DNA of 58,032 nt, counting the filler, from Sphacelaria rigidula (Eukaryota), in assembly GCA_964200075.2 (NCBI GenBank). It is 8 parts of 8 records of this genome, joined end to end, with 100 filler letters (N's around TTAATTAATTAA, not from the genome) between each part and the next. Parts side by side here need not be neighbours in the genome. Positions count along the whole stretch, not along the records: positions 21,802 to 28,968 come from CAXNAA020016170.1; positions 29,069 to 36,234 come from CAXNAA020016171.1; positions 36,335 to 43,500 come from CAXNAA020016172.1; 5 more parts are not named here. One strand, 5' to 3'. Positions within the stretch are counted from its first letter, which is position 1; each line of letters begins with the position of its first letter. A program made the position numbers and the translations under genes. Shown in pieces: positions 25,728 through 39,500 of this stretch. The notes under the pieces were generated by a model. That model was given only the letters and a program-made list of their open reading frames with translations. It made no database searches and was not told the origin of the DNA.

Positions 25728-25808
25728 GATGATTCTATTACGGACCATAAGCGAAAGGAGGATGTGGAGGAGTACTTGGGCAAGATGCGGGATGAATCCT
25801 TCCACAAG
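25728..25808 (+). CDS. SNRNP200: Brr2 exon DDSITDHKRKEDVEEYLGKMRDESFHK
   Basis: cag/gtgtg boundaries, phase 0-0; collinear with Brr2. Confidence 0.88.
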
Positions 25809-26486
25809 GTGTGTTACTGCTTTTTGGTAACCGCATTAGATTTTCGGAGGTGTCCTCGCAAGGTTCTACCATGTCGCCACGTATGATACTAGAGCTAGGG
25901 TATTGTATTGCGCGAATCTAGTATTCTTTGTTCCTATAAACCACTTTCCTCCCCCCCCCCCCCTACATATGTCGAGTCTGGTCCGGCAAAAACCCGTCCT
26001 GCTCAGGCCCGGCTCTGTATCGATGCGGGGTAAATGGTCTTGAGACTACGGCATGCAAGATCAAGGAAACACCCCTCTCCCCCACATGTGACCTGGATAA
26101 TGGCCGTTGTGCTGGGCACTGGACAGTGACACGGTATCATTTTGGTTGGGTTCCACGCTATTTTTGAGTTGGTACCAGACACTAGGAACCCCTAGGACCG
26201 TCTGAGAATCTTCGGTAGGTTCCAGTACCGCATGGACTGTGGTACTGTGGCGTGAATATTGAGGATACCGTGAAGTAATAGTGACAATGGCGAGGGGAAA
26301 GATGGACTGATCTCTTGAGACGAAGCGCTCGTCCCGAGGAGAGAGTGGCGAAGAGGGAGGGGTTATAGCAATGTCTCTTGATCTTGCGGACCCGCACCAC
26401 GGAAGGGGGTGGGGTAAGGGGTGTGTGAAGGTACGATAAAGAACGAACAAAAAGCTGTACTGTTGTCGGTGTTTAACGTGTCGCAG

Positions 26487-26598
26487 CTTGTGAACCTGGG
26501 CAAAAGCATCACGGACTTTTCCGTCGACGGGGAGGAAGAGGCGAAAAAAGACGAAATGGAGGATGACGAAGATCACGAACAGCTCGACGAAGAAATGG
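26487..26598 (+). CDS. SNRNP200: Brr2 exon LVNLGKSITDF...LDEEM(G)
   Basis: Conserved LVNLGK.ITD motif; cag/gtaag boundaries. Confidence 0.9.
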
Positions 26599-26968
26599 GT
26601 AAGAACCGTCGGAAGTGTTTTTGCCCTTGTTTTGGTATACTGGGGAGTATGGTATGCGTATGAGAAGGTCGTACTTGAGCGACGGTTGGGGTTCAAGTTA
26701 TTTTCCTTGATTTTTGCCTCTCTTCAGTCGGAATTACAGGAATCTGTGACAAGTATTTCTCGGGTGTGTGTGATTGCATAGCACACGTGTGGTATTAGTG
26801 CAAAAAATATAAGTTGACCTTGTTTTGAACTTGTTATGCTTTTTGCGGAGGGGGGGGCGTGCTGTGTGCTGTGTGTTGAATGACGATCGGTAAAACATTC
26901 GACATTCTTGCTCCAAGGGTACCGGTATATGTTCTTTTTGTATTTGTTTTTGCCATTTTTCTTAACAG

Positions 26969-27098
26969 GTGTTGCTGTTGTGTTCGATGACGACGAAGAG
27001 AAAGACGAGGAATCAGAGGTGGACGAAGTGGTGTCCGAGGATGAGGAGGATGAGGATCAAGAGGCAGGGATGGAAGCGAGAAAAGGGCGATCGCTCAG
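26969..27098 (+). CDS. SNRNP200: Brr2 exon (G)VAVVFDDDEE... acidic linker
   Basis: GVAV.F motif followed by an acidic tract; phase 1 to 2. Confidence 0.88.
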
Positions 27099-28667
27099 GT
27101 ACGGTCATGCTCCACGCCAACGGGCTGAAATCACCTTTAACTCTTCTTTTGTGCTTCACATCGTTCTTCACCACCTCCCCTCTCTTCCTCGGGACGACTC
27201 TGAAGCCTAAGGTCAAGGAATCCATATTATCTCTTCCCTTCCCTGGTACTTGGTGTCATATTTTATTGATCTTGCACTTCATAGTTGACCGTACCATTGG
27301 GTCAGCACTGCTACAGCCCGTCCAGTTTCTTCGGATTTTTTCAGCTAACCCTCGTTCTCACGGGTGCCGGACGACATAAGAACCGGTATGAAGAATAATG
27401 AAATTATACGACTGTCGGGAGGTTCCCGATAAGATCCGCCCACACTACCACTGGGATTCCAGTGTGACCGCCAGAAAGCCAATAGTCAACAGGTGTTATG
27501 TACGGGGTTGAAATATAATATATACATGACCCCGGTACAGTAGTGTTGGTACCAGCATATTGCCAATAATATCCTGGAAATGATCTCCCTGTGGGCTTTA
27601 CTCCGTTGGACAGTTTCATGCCGCGATGTATGACACGCGTGTGACTTGTCCTTTTTGAGCCGAGCAGTGGGGGTGCGTTTTTTCATGATCTTGCGTGCCG
27701 TGATTATAATACCATTGGCCTCGCATCCCGACAAAGCCGGGACGAAGTACGCCGGATTTTCGCCGGACCAGGCTCGCAGGGGGGGGAGAGCGGGATAGTT
27801 TCGAAGAAATATTTTTCGAGTATGGCTTTGAAACTCCCTTTTTTCTCTCCACGGGAGGAAGCAGCGACACTCCTCGTAGAAGGGGGGAAAACAGGCGTGC
27901 TGAGTTATTTTTTCATTTCCTTCTGTGGAGTATTCAGCAAGACTCTTTTTTTTCAGGAGGTGATATTGCGGAATATTAGCGTCGCCTGAGCTGCCGTCCC
28001 CTCTTTCTCGGTCGCTGTGATGGGTCTATACCTGAGGGATACTCCATTCGTTCGTGGCTGACGTTTTTTTTTTCATTTCGCGTCCTTTATGTTCTGCTAT
28101 AGTTGACGATGAGTGAGGGGTGGATTAATAGATTTTCGCACGTTGACTCATCCTCTGGGATATCTAGCTGTGGCGACACAGGATAGATGAATGTATGGGA
28201 TCTTGCTAACGGGTCTGTTTCCCGTCCCAATCTCGAAGTTTTTCGGAATGAAAGCCTTTCCTCTGAAAAATGTGAGAGCGAATTTCTTTACCACGGCAGG
28301 CGATAGATCACTTCAAGACTACCGGGGAGAGATGGATTGATCCCTTGAGACCACGGACTCGTCCGGACGAAGGGGAGGGGTTCAACGTGCGACAAATAGA
28401 TGGACTAAAAAAGACTGACTACAGATTCCTCTGAAAATCTAGCGTCGGATTTTTTTCCAGTGGTATATTTTTTCTCGGGCAAGTCGGGAAAACATCCAAT
28501 ATTTGAGGGAAGAAAACGAAATATGTAGATGAAATAAAGACCGCCGTTGTCAAGACCACTAACCGAAGGTAGATACATGTGGAAATAGCACCTACTCGTC
28601 AGGCGATAGACGAGAATAGGAAGAATGATGAAATTGTTCTGTTATGGTTTTGCTTGTTTCGTGGCAG

Positions 28668-28751
28668 GGGTGAAGAGGGAGACGAAGAGGGAGAGGAGGA
28701 GGATACCAACGAGCTCTCTGTACAGGATGTGGATGCTCACTGGCTGCAAAG
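28668..28751 (+). CDS. SNRNP200: Brr2 exon ...ELSVQDVDAHWLQ(R), start of the PWI-like domain
   Basis: D+DA.WLQR motif; cag/gtgat boundaries. Confidence 0.9.
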
Positions 28752-28968
28752 GTGATGCAAGGATCCTAATATCAGATATCAGGAGGGCGTTTTTTACCGA
28801 AGCGTTTTTTTCTTATTATTTCGATGCAGAATGTCGAATGTGGATATTTACGAGCATTAAGTGGAATCTTTGCACATTTCATTTCCTATGTGAGCTGGAA
28901 ATCAAAATGTTGACAAGAAACGGCTACACGGTCAATGAAACATACAGGGAGATGGAGAGTGGGGGGGG

Positions 28969-29068
28969 NNNNNNNNNNNNNNNNNNNNNNNNNNNNNNNN
29001 NNNNNNNNNNNNTTAATTAATTAANNNNNNNNNNNNNNNNNNNNNNNNNNNNNNNNNNNNNNNNNNNN
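28969..29068. other. Artificial contig linker
   Basis: N44-TTAATTAATTAA-N44. Confidence 0.99.
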
Positions 29069-29256
29069 GTTTTTTCCGAGAGTGTGCTTGTTTGTTTTGT
29101 CGTGCTCCATGCTGTGTGATGCGCTGCGCACAGACCAAGACACTAGCCTTGCCTCCGTTTGCCCTCGGCTGCCTACTCTTCTTCCCCGGCGGGCTATCTG
29201 TGTCGCCCTCTGCAGAGGGTGCAGGGGCGAAGGGTTTCTGCGAAGGTTGCTGTCTT

Positions 29257-30977
29257 GGTCCTCCTGCTCCACTGAGACGAACCGATCTAGAGTCGGAAGA
29301 GAGGTTGAGGGGAAAAAAATGACGGGGGTCGAAGCCGACAACTGGGTTGGTGGCGGGGAAAACCAGGAGCTGCCGCAGAAAACGGACATCGAGTGTGTCC
29401 ATCCTCTGATCGCCTTCGACCTCGAGGAGACGGCACGGGTAAGTTGTATGCGTGGGGAGTTCATGTGCTTGCGCTCGACCTCGTCCGCCCTCCACGCCCA
29501 GCCATTCCTCGTTGTGTGTGGAATCACCTCCAGAACGTTGACGAAGGAGCGGAACAGATCGCGGCACTTGCGTGTACGGCAACACTAGAAACGCCAGAAA
29601 CAGCAGTCTACTGCCGCTCCCCGGTGGTGTAATGGTCCGACTGTCGCCATTAGGGTGGAGAGAAGGGAGATTCGATTCCCGGTGCGTTGGATTTCTTCTC
29701 CGTAATGTATGATTTCCACCGTGCAAAGCGCGAGAACGTGAGTAAACAAAGTATTCGACTGGGTTTGTGTAACGTGATTGACGCGGTGCGGGAATGCCGC
29801 CCTAATCCGCGAGACCAAAATGATACTATAGACACGTACGGGAGGAGAGATGGTTTGATCCCTTGAGACCACGGACTCATCCCGAGGAAGGGGAGGGGTT
29901 CAAAGTGTGAGGGAAAAAAAAAACTCGAAGATTCCGAGAACAAAGACCCGAAGCGAGGCACACTCACCAGTGGGTTTGCCGGCGCACCGCCCTGTTTCGT
30001 CAAGGTTTGCATGTCAAACTACGCGACGTTGTTCGATTTCTTCGTGACTTACATCTGCATCGCTTCCTTTTTGGGGCTCGACATGCTCCAGGTGGCTGCG
30101 GAGAAGGCGATAAAAAAACGAAAGATCGACCTGCAACGATGCCGCGAGTCGGCGCAGGGGATAAAAGAGGCGACGAACGCGGTGTCCGCCGATGCACGTG
30201 CCGCACTCGCACAGCACACCGCGCTAGAGACTGCCTTGTACAAAGAGAAGGCGAACTTGCTGCGCGCACCTGTGTGCGAGCGTGCCGCAAGTTCGCCTTC
30301 TCTTTGTACAAGGCAGTCTCTCGCGCGGTGTGCTGTGCGAGTGCGGCACTTGCGCTAGCGGACACCACGTTGGCCGCCTCTTTTACGCCCTGCGCCGACT
30401 CGCGGTATCGTTGCAGGTCGAACTTCTCCTTCGCCATGGCCTTCTTTGCGGCCACCTGGAGCATGTGTAGCGCCAATAAGGAAGCACTGCAGATTCAAAT
30501 AATGACGAAATCGAACAACGTCGCGTAGTTTGACATGCAAATCGAGACGAAACGGGGCGGTGCGCCGGCAAACACACTGCCGAGTGTTCACCCCTTCGGC
30601 TCTTTGTTCTCGGAATCTTCTAGTAGACTGCTGTTTCTGGCGTTTCTAGTGTTGCCGTACACGCAAGTGCCGCGATCTGTTCCGCTCCCTCGTCAACGTT
30701 CTGGAGGTGATTCCACACACAACGAGGAATGGCTGGGCGTGGAGGGCAGACGGGGTCGAGCGCAAGCGCATGAACTCCCCAAGCATACAACTCACCCGTG
30801 CCGTCTCCTCGAGGTCGAAGGCGATCAGAGGGTGAACACACTCGATGTCCGTTTTCTGCGGCAGCTCCTGGTTTTCCCCGCCACCAACCGAGTCGTCGGC
30901 TTCGATCCAAGTCATTTCTTTCCCCTGGCCCTCTCCTCCGACACTAGATCGGTTCGTCTCGGTGGAGCAGGAGGACC
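29257..30977. repeat. Large diverged palindrome (~700-bp arms, ~26-nt spacer centred near 30273)
   Basis: 29927-30260 pairs with 30287-30620, and 29257-29612 pairs with 30622-30977; the ORF track shows mirrored peptides on both strands. Confidence 0.92.
29613..29923 (+). mobile_element. tRNA-derived SINE inserted in the left arm of the palindrome
   Basis: A-box TGGTGTAATGG, B-box-like GATTCGATTCC and a poly-A tail; absent from the right arm. Confidence 0.8.
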
Positions 30978-32893
30978 GAATCGGCCCGAACGGATTTACG
31001 TCCTCCCGGCACATACCATATCGCGCGTAGGGCGCACACCAGGCCACACGCCGAGAACGGTTGGTGTGACCGTGGTGTTCGCATGAAGTCAGCACAGCAG
31101 CACCTGCACAAAGAACGAGTGTTGAGCACAACTTGACACAGACAGCGAGTAGCGCGAACATCATAAACAAACGTGACGTGTATCCGGCTTGCACGGAGGT
31201 TCAGAGCAGGAGAAGGGAGCAAGCATGCGATACAGCAGGAGTCGTTCATTTTACTCACCTCCCACAGATGAGGGCAACTCAAGGTGAAGTGCAAGATTTT
31301 CGCGCGAAGCGCAGTCATGGCCCAGCGTTTGAAAACCGCCACTGGGCCAAAATCGAGCCCACATGAAATGAGGGGAAGAACTATCGCATGGGACATGTCC
31401 TCTATCACTGTGCTGCAGCACAAACACACTCGCGCTGCCTCTTGTACTGTAGCTATCCCTGCGCTGTGGTGTCTCCAGGCCGTTCTGAAGACGGTTTGAT
31501 CTCCACCGGGGCTGACTGCCTGAGTTGCTTTATTACTGCCATGGCGTTCGCTTCGAAAAGTAATGCTGTCGACACGCAGCGCTCTCTAGACACTGTTGAC
31601 ACCTTCATGGTGTGTTGGCTATTTCGCCTCGAGTCAAACAAACAAGGCGCTCCCCGCACCCATCATTCCCATGGTGTAGTTGTCGCTGTGCTGTTGTACA
31701 TCTACACACTCTGCGACGATCATGGTGCGATGTGTGCTGGAGAGTGCCTGACCAGTTGTAGTGCTGCATGCTGTATTTCGGTCTGCACAGAACCGGGGTG
31801 GGATCGAAGCATTTGTCGCCCTGTGGAGGAATCATACTGTACTTGGTTTGGCATTGGACATGGATAATACACTTTACACACGACCTACTGTCTGTAACCT
31901 ACAGTTTACCTGGATGCTCCGCGAATATAGAGAAAATACCACAGGAGAAACCCCCACGAGTTTACACCCACCCGTACTCAAGTGCGTACAAATTCAGTAT
32001 GTATCAGATTCTTGTATGTTGTATATCTTCGCTGGGCTCAGCGGCGAGAAACAGTGAACGTGCATCACTCTGCACTGAACACAGTCTACTGCACGCTACT
32101 GGTGTCTCTTCTGAGTGTTTCACAGCAACGCTAGAGTATGAAGCTATTTTGGCAACACAAGAGGGGTCAGGCAGGCGGCAAAGACAGGCCACGAGTAAAA
32201 AGTACGTTGCTTGTGCCTGTGATTTATGACTTGTGATCAAGATGATTCTTCTGGTCTGCAACAACTTCTGTGCAAACCGGATACACGTCACGTCGATCGC
32301 TGTGTGTCAAGTTGTGCTCGACAAACTATTTCTTTGGGCATATGTTGATGTGCTGACTTCAAAAAAACACCACCGCCACACCATCACCCGTTGATTCGCC
32401 ATGTTCTGGGCGTGTGCTCTGGTGTTTGCGCGAGCAGCGAGGTGGCTGGTGTGGTGTGTTGTCGGGAGGACGGTTACACGCTACACGTCACGCCTGTTGG
32501 CCAATAGCATCTCCTATCGAAAGTCCTAACCGAGCGGAATGCAATTATCGGACTTTGGACTGACTTCGGACGTCGGGGGGATTGCAAAGTCCAAGTCCTG
32601 GCCCGAAATTGGTCTGCGCAAGCACCGTATTAGACCACTTCGTATGGCAGTAAAAAAACGGATCTATACGCAGATCGGGGGACCTCAGATCCGGAAACGC
32701 GTTGTATGGATTCCAATTTGGCCCGAATCGGGGAAGCTCAGCTTCGTTTGTCACGATTTGAGAACGGTTTTACACGAATCTGAGCGCAGATTCGGGAAAA
32801 ATTGTGGTCCCCCGAATCAGTAGCAACTGACGTACGTATGTTGACGTACAATGATGCGAGCTGGGCCAGCGTAGAGGCGGCATGGAAGTTTGT

Positions 32894-33724
32894 AGGCGAA
32901 TGCGCCGGCCAATATTAGAGTTGGACCCTGAAATTTGGTATGGACAATGCATAGGGCATGCTAAAAAATCGGTAAGAAGCATCAGAAGGCCTTTTGTCTT
33001 TTTTCGTGAGTTAAGGGCGTTTGACTGAAACCTGAAGAAGGATTATTGCCCTCAACTCACGAGAAAAAACAAAAAACCTTCGAGTGCTTCTATCCGATTT
33101 TTTATTATGCCCTATACATTGTCCATACCAAATTTCAGAGTCCAACTCTAAATATTGGCCGGCGCATTCGCCTTTTAAGAATCGGATCGGTAGAAATTCG
33201 GAACAGTATTGCGCAGGCCACTCACCGGCCCACGTTTGGTTTTTGAGTATCGAAATTTTGTGTGGACCCTCGCCCGGGCACAATTCACAAAACTCAGTGG
33301 GTCGTTTTTTTTTCCTTTCATATTTTCACTGGTTGAGGGCGTTTTGGTATTGTAAAGACCATTTCTTCACGAGAACGCCCTGACCTCTAGGAAAGGAAAA
33401 ATGAAGGCTCACTTTTTTTTTTCATTCGGCACACTTTCGTGTTTTTCCATGCTAATTTTCGAATCACAATTCCACACGTCGGACAGCTCATGAGCTACCT
33501 GAAATGGCGACTCGAAGAGAACTCTCATATCCATAGTACAAGAACACAGAAAACGTGACAGCAGTGTCCGAGAAGCCAAAGCGTTACCTTCTCGCTACAC
33601 GGCGTGCCCGGTGTCCATCGCTGTCGGGACCTAGTGCGGAAATTGTAGCCAAATGAGCTAGCTAATGATTCAGATCAGTACTCTAATAAGAAGTGATATC
33701 CAGGTAGCTCATGAGCTGTCCGAC
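32894..33724. mobile_element. Fold-back repeat with nested inverted repeats
   Basis: 32894-33018 vs 33048-33174 and 33478-33501 vs 33701-33724 are inverted pairs; part is shared with 13975-14434. Confidence 0.7.
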
Positions 33725-36234
33725 TTGTGCACAATTCTAAATTTTGAGCTAAAACATTGAGATGAGGCCCAAGAGCAACGGTAATCTCTCCTCAAAACTC
33801 CACTAAAACACGAAAAAAAATGGAAAAAATGACAAAACGTAACAAGCTGTTTTTTTTATAATGCACTAGCGGTTCACCACACGAAATTTCATGGAACAAC
33901 TCTCAAAAACGGAGACATGGCATCCAGATTTAGGGCACCTAGCGCCCCTGCTCTTAATATATTGATTTTAGTATGAAGAATCCTGTGCGCCATATCTCGG
34001 GATAGATGACGAGTTAGGTGAAGGTGAGGATATCTATCGTCTCCCCTTGCTCCCGAGAATGTCCACACCAAAATTCGCCGTCATCCGCTGAATGCATCGA
34101 TCGGGGTTTCATATAGATTTTAGTATGTACACCATCTTTGTTAGGTATAGGATTCACTAGACATGGGGTTCAGTCAACGAGAAAATATGGGCCTCGAATT
34201 TTGAGCAGATGGGCACCTTCCCCTTGGTTAGACGATTAATACGATATGCGGATCACGGCCCAACTCGTCTACGTCGATGAGATATTGCTTTTAGAGCTTA
34301 CATCCGTCTTTGGGCTGGCCCAGCTCGTGGGGCACCAGGCGTTTGGGATTTTTGCAACAACAGCAGCAGTCTCATGACGGCACAGACAGTGCTTGCGAGC
34401 GCCGGCTGCTGTAGCAGCTCCGCCCGGGGTTTGACAAGCGGATAAGAAGTGTTGACGCCGTACCTGCGGTGATGGCGACATTTTATGCTGCACTATCATA
34501 CTGCTGTATGTATCATTATAGCGAATGGAACCGTACCATCCTACACTCTGCTGTCGCGGCACTTGCAGGGTGATGAGTGACACTGCGCTCGTGAACTCTT
34601 GTCGCACACTGTGCACTGTTCTCGCAATATCGACTGTACCATCATGTATTACCACACGGCAATATCGTTTACTGTGATTGTGCAGTGTACTTAACAACAT
34701 TATACTCTGAGGTGGCACCACAATTCGACGCTGCTCTTGAAAGATGATTACCTGCCCGCCTGTTCTTCGGCTCCACTGTGATACCACACCCGCCCGGAAA
34801 ATGAGCATTCGTGTACAGAACAACTCCAACAAATCTGTGAAGCCAGACAGGGTTACACACGAATCTGAGTCTCATGAATCTGGGTCCCCCCGATTTGACA
34901 CAGATTCGGGTCCCGCTAGATTTGGGATTGGCTGCCATACAAAGTAGTCTTACACTACTGTTATGGGTGGGACAGCGGTGCAATTGTGGGTACTATATTT
35001 CGGGAAAATGGATCACGAACGAACGCTATACAAGCTGGGCCAGCCAAGAGTAGGTGTAAATCTCGCTCAGGCGACGCACGGCGCGATATCAGGAGTTGAC
35101 GCTGAAATTTTGACAGCTTTTCATGATCGAAATGCAGAAGATCACGGCACCAGCAAATGAAAAAGTAGAAGAGGGAGAAGTTATGGGCATTTGAGATTTC
35201 AGCAAAGAGAAGATAATGCCATGAGTCCAGCGAAAAAAAGAGAATCTGCAGCTGGATACGTGAAGTATCAGTTCCTTGGGTGCAGACGGTTCTCCTGAAA
35301 TTTCAGGTCAAGACTCGTCGAATTGGGCCGTGCGTTCAGCATTGCCCGTGACACTGCCGCACCCCTATAAATCAAGTGATGGGAGACTCCAATTATGGAG
35401 GTAGTGAGTTCGAATGCCGACATACTCTCTTTTGTTTTCGTCCGTCGTAAAGGTCATACATGGGAGAGTTTCGGAAAAGGTTTTTTCTCAATTTGGAGTC
35501 AGGGTGGAAGAAAAAATAGGCGGTAACGGCGCACATTCCGCTATGAAGTGTTTTTCAGAGCAATTTTTTCAGAGTGAGAGTCCCGTTTGCACCACTTCAC
35601 TCTGAGAATCGTTGTTCCTCCTCAGAGTTCATAGCGGAATGACGGAGAACGACGCCCACCTTCACCACCATGGTCACGTCCAGTCCAAAGTCGATACACC
35701 TTAACAAGCAAAATGGGACAGTCATTATCCATCAAAACCACCATACTCATCACAATGGGCCATCCACGAAGTAGAAAAACTTGGCATCGCAATCAGAAGA
35801 CCTTCCTGACGCCGCCATGGTATCAGCAATCCGCTTGGTTGTGTTGCGTGAAAATTCGAATGCTCGCCAGGCACACGTTGCGTTGGGTGCAGTTCCTCAT
35901 TCTTGCCAGCTTCAGCTGTAAGAAGACGGTTTGAACGATTCGTAGTCTACAGCGCACAAGTAGTACTAAACCTGGCTGTAATTCCACCCGTGATAGATCA
36001 TAACGTCTTGCACCACCGTTGTGGGTGGCATGTGGAAAAATCATCGCAATGCGGCCGAGGTCTGCTGTTTGAAAGTGCTGCGTACCGTAGTGTTTATACG
36101 ATTGACTCTCTGTACCGTATCGCTGTACAGTATGATAGTTCACAGCATCGCAATGCACTGTTGACAGTGTTTTCGTGAGATTGAGAGTAGATGATACGAT
36201 TGAGAGTGGCTTTGATCATTCGCTTTGAGTGAGT

Positions 36235-36334
36235 NNNNNNNNNNNNNNNNNNNNNNNNNNNNNNNNNNNNNNNNNNNNTTAATTAATTAANNNNNNNNNN
36301 NNNNNNNNNNNNNNNNNNNNNNNNNNNNNNNNNN
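36235..36334. other. Artificial contig linker
   Basis: N44-TTAATTAATTAA-N44. Confidence 0.99.
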
Positions 36335-36392
<58 letters not shown>

Positions 36393-36514
36393 CATTATTA
36401 TTATCATTATTATCGTTATTATTATTATTATTATTATTATCATTATTATCATTATTATTATCATCATCATCATCATCATCATCATCATTATTATCATCAT
36501 CATCATCATCATCA

Positions 36515-36549
<35 letters not shown>
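36335..36549. repeat. Compound (ATT)n/(ATC)n microsatellite
   Basis: Read directly. Confidence 0.97.
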
Positions 36550-36550
<1 letters not shown>

Positions 36551-39500
36551 CCGTCACATTAACTCGATCTCTCGAACCCGTGGTCACAGAGTGCAAGGAG
36601 CATACCACCCATACCCACCCAAACATCCCGCAGAAGGCGAAAAACAAAACATCTACACGGAAAAAAAGGCGCCTACACTATGAACAACCCGTATGAGACC
36701 GATTGAACTTCGGGAGATCTACTTGTACTGGAATCTAAGAAGATAAGGAATGTGATGAAAGAACCCTATTTTTAGTGTTTCATTGAAGGTTTCTTGACGA
36801 GACACGGCCTCAACGTAATGCTGCCAAACCGTTGGCGATATCACCCCCGACGTCGGTAGCTGTCTGAGACATCGTTTGTTTTCACGGAGTTCTGCCTGGT
36901 GATTGACCGATCCATCGTTACCCATACTGATCCATCAATAATCTAGCTGTGGTATCAAGAGAAAGAAACGATGCGGGATCCCTTGGTAGACGAATTCCGA
37001 GGAAACAGGGGGAATTGCAGGATAAAGAAGGGAGAAGCGGGCAGAGTAAACTAAAAATATGGCGAGAAAAGAGAGGTGAAGGAGAGAAACGAAGATGAAC
37101 TAATATAGTGCCGATCATGAGGGGAAAAGCCCATAGGTCCCTGCCGGGGCTTCACATAAGGAAGCGGTACCAACAGTAAGGCCGCGGTATCAGGTTGCGC
37201 CTCAGAAATCCAGATAGTTCAATACTTGGGCAGGAACTCTCAACCGCCAAGTACGTGGCCAAGATGCACGTAAATCTGCTGCCATAAGGGCGTGTAGTGG
37301 AAACAAATAGCTCAAAATCAGTTATCTACGTTGCGATCGAGTCCGGCAGCATTAGCTGAAGTCTTGCTCAGTTGACTGTGGAGGGAGTGAGCGGAAATTT
37401 CCTGCAAAATTCTGGCGCAAAAACACAGCACCACCCAACGACACCCGCACACGCGGCCTACAGCACGTACAGCCCCACCGGATACGCCATGCCGTCCAGC
37501 TGTTCAGCAATTTTGTTGTGTTGATCGCATGAACTTGGAGCCATCACGAGCATTGTCTTGTACTGAGTCAAATTCTACTGTTCCAATAATGAGGCGTCAA
37601 TATCCCTGGCCCTTATGCACGAATACATCTCACGCGCGACATGCGCGTGTCAACCGCCTTACACTCTACACGTGCGCGGTGTCTATCCACCTACAATGAC
37701 TCTTCCGAACCCTCGCGAAAAAGGAGAAGAATAGAGCGGTCTACTTGTGTATCTGTGCCAAAAGGGGTAATAGCCCTTGTCGAATCGAACACCTCCGGGT
37801 TGATTATTCTAAGGGTTTGTTGGGTAGGGTATTCTCTACGTATGCGTATTTGAAACATTGTACCCTAAATATTCAAAACTTGGGCAGGGTATTGATATCG
37901 CACTCAACAATAGCCAGATATTGAGTGGGGCATTGCGATCATTCTACCCATATTTGCGTGAAACTTGGACATCGAACCACAGCAATACATCATTCGGGGG
38001 AGTAAATACCCAGGCATCCATAGACCCTACTCAACACACCCTTCGACGATTTTGAACCGGCCGTTTTGTATGAAGTTTTGATTGATACGTTTCCAGTTTT
38101 TATCCAGTAATTCTGCCAAAATTCCGGACTATCAGACCTGCACACCCGCGGAAGGTTTCAGAAATGGCACGCATGGTAAATCACTTCTGGTATTTTTAAT
38201 ACATGCACATGAGAGCAATGAACGCCCTCACGAGGAGGATTCTCTCCAAACCGGCTCCCCAAATCTATGAATCGATTATTGAACACACTTAATTTCTTGT
38301 CACATTTTAAGGATATCCTGAACCCAAACCCCCATCCAAGGCATACCGAGAACCCTCGGGCGAGGGACACACATTCAGCGTCCCAAGCATGGTGGGCGTC
38401 GGCAGAGATCAAGCGAGCGCCGCCGGCGCCGATTTGTATCAAAACGCGTGCTGAGTACGTCAAGAAACTCTTCGGGACGATGAGCCCTAAAAGTATTCAA
38501 ATATGACTCTTCAATTGAAAAAAAAAACTTTCAAATGTGGACTCGGGCAGCCGGATTGGGGAGAACTACCGGTCGGTACAGACAGCTCCAAAGTCACACA
38601 CACTCAGCAGCACACCCTCACCCGGTATTCTCCTCCAAGCGTACACCCATCATCATCCGCACCTAGCTAGCAATACCGCATTATTGTACACACACTGTGA
38701 AGTAGCCAGCACAATCTGTAAGTAAGTGACGCTGGGCTGTACTAGCGGTAATGCTCCGCTGCCTTGTTCGCTGGACCCTGATACATGCCGCAGCCGTGAG
38801 CTGGGCCATTTACAATTTCAAGTTGACACGCGGTTTCTCGGATTCAATCAGTTGTTTTCGGCATGCCGTCGAGGGCTTCATCTCTACACGGATGATGCAT
38901 TAGGCACAACAACCAGGAGTATGTAGGTGCGCTCCTATTGAACATAGACGCCTGGCAATACTATACTCACCGTCGAAATCCAGGATCACTTTCAGGAAGG
39001 GGAGATTGATGTACATACACCGATATGATTCGCCGCGCGAGCAGTATTTATTTGAGGGGAAGTACCGGTAGACGATGACCAATCAGAATCGACACTCCTC
39101 TTTTTCGGTTTTGTTGGCCTTGTGGCCTGCTGATTCACAGCACGAGCGAGGTATTGATCGAAAGATGCACTCGCAGGCTTCTAGGCACAGGGCCCACATA
39201 TAGGGGCAAGAATTTTGACTGGCACGATTTCTCGACCAATCAGAGCCTCTCAATATACCAAAATGCAGCGACTTCTCTTCAATCAGATGAGAGAGTCGAG
39301 GTGGAATTATAGACGGTGTGGATACGAAGATTTTATATCTCCAGGTGTCTTATCCTCAATAAAAAATCCGTGTTGCAGCACGGTGAAACAGCACAACACG
39401 CCCCATGTGATAGTGCTTCCCCTCATTTCAGACGGGTCCTCTATTATCGCCGAGTCCCGACTTTTGAACGCTCGGAGATACAGATGCACATGTCTGCGCT

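Noticed and set aside
29613..29692. tRNA genes at 29613, 45673, 54648 and 55730
   Set aside because: Only A/B boxes are present and I could not build cloverleaves; each continues into repeat body sequence, so they are treated as SINE heads.
36279..36647. Poly-Ile/Met ORF
   Set aside because: It is a translation of an (ATT/ATC)n microsatellite running into the linker.
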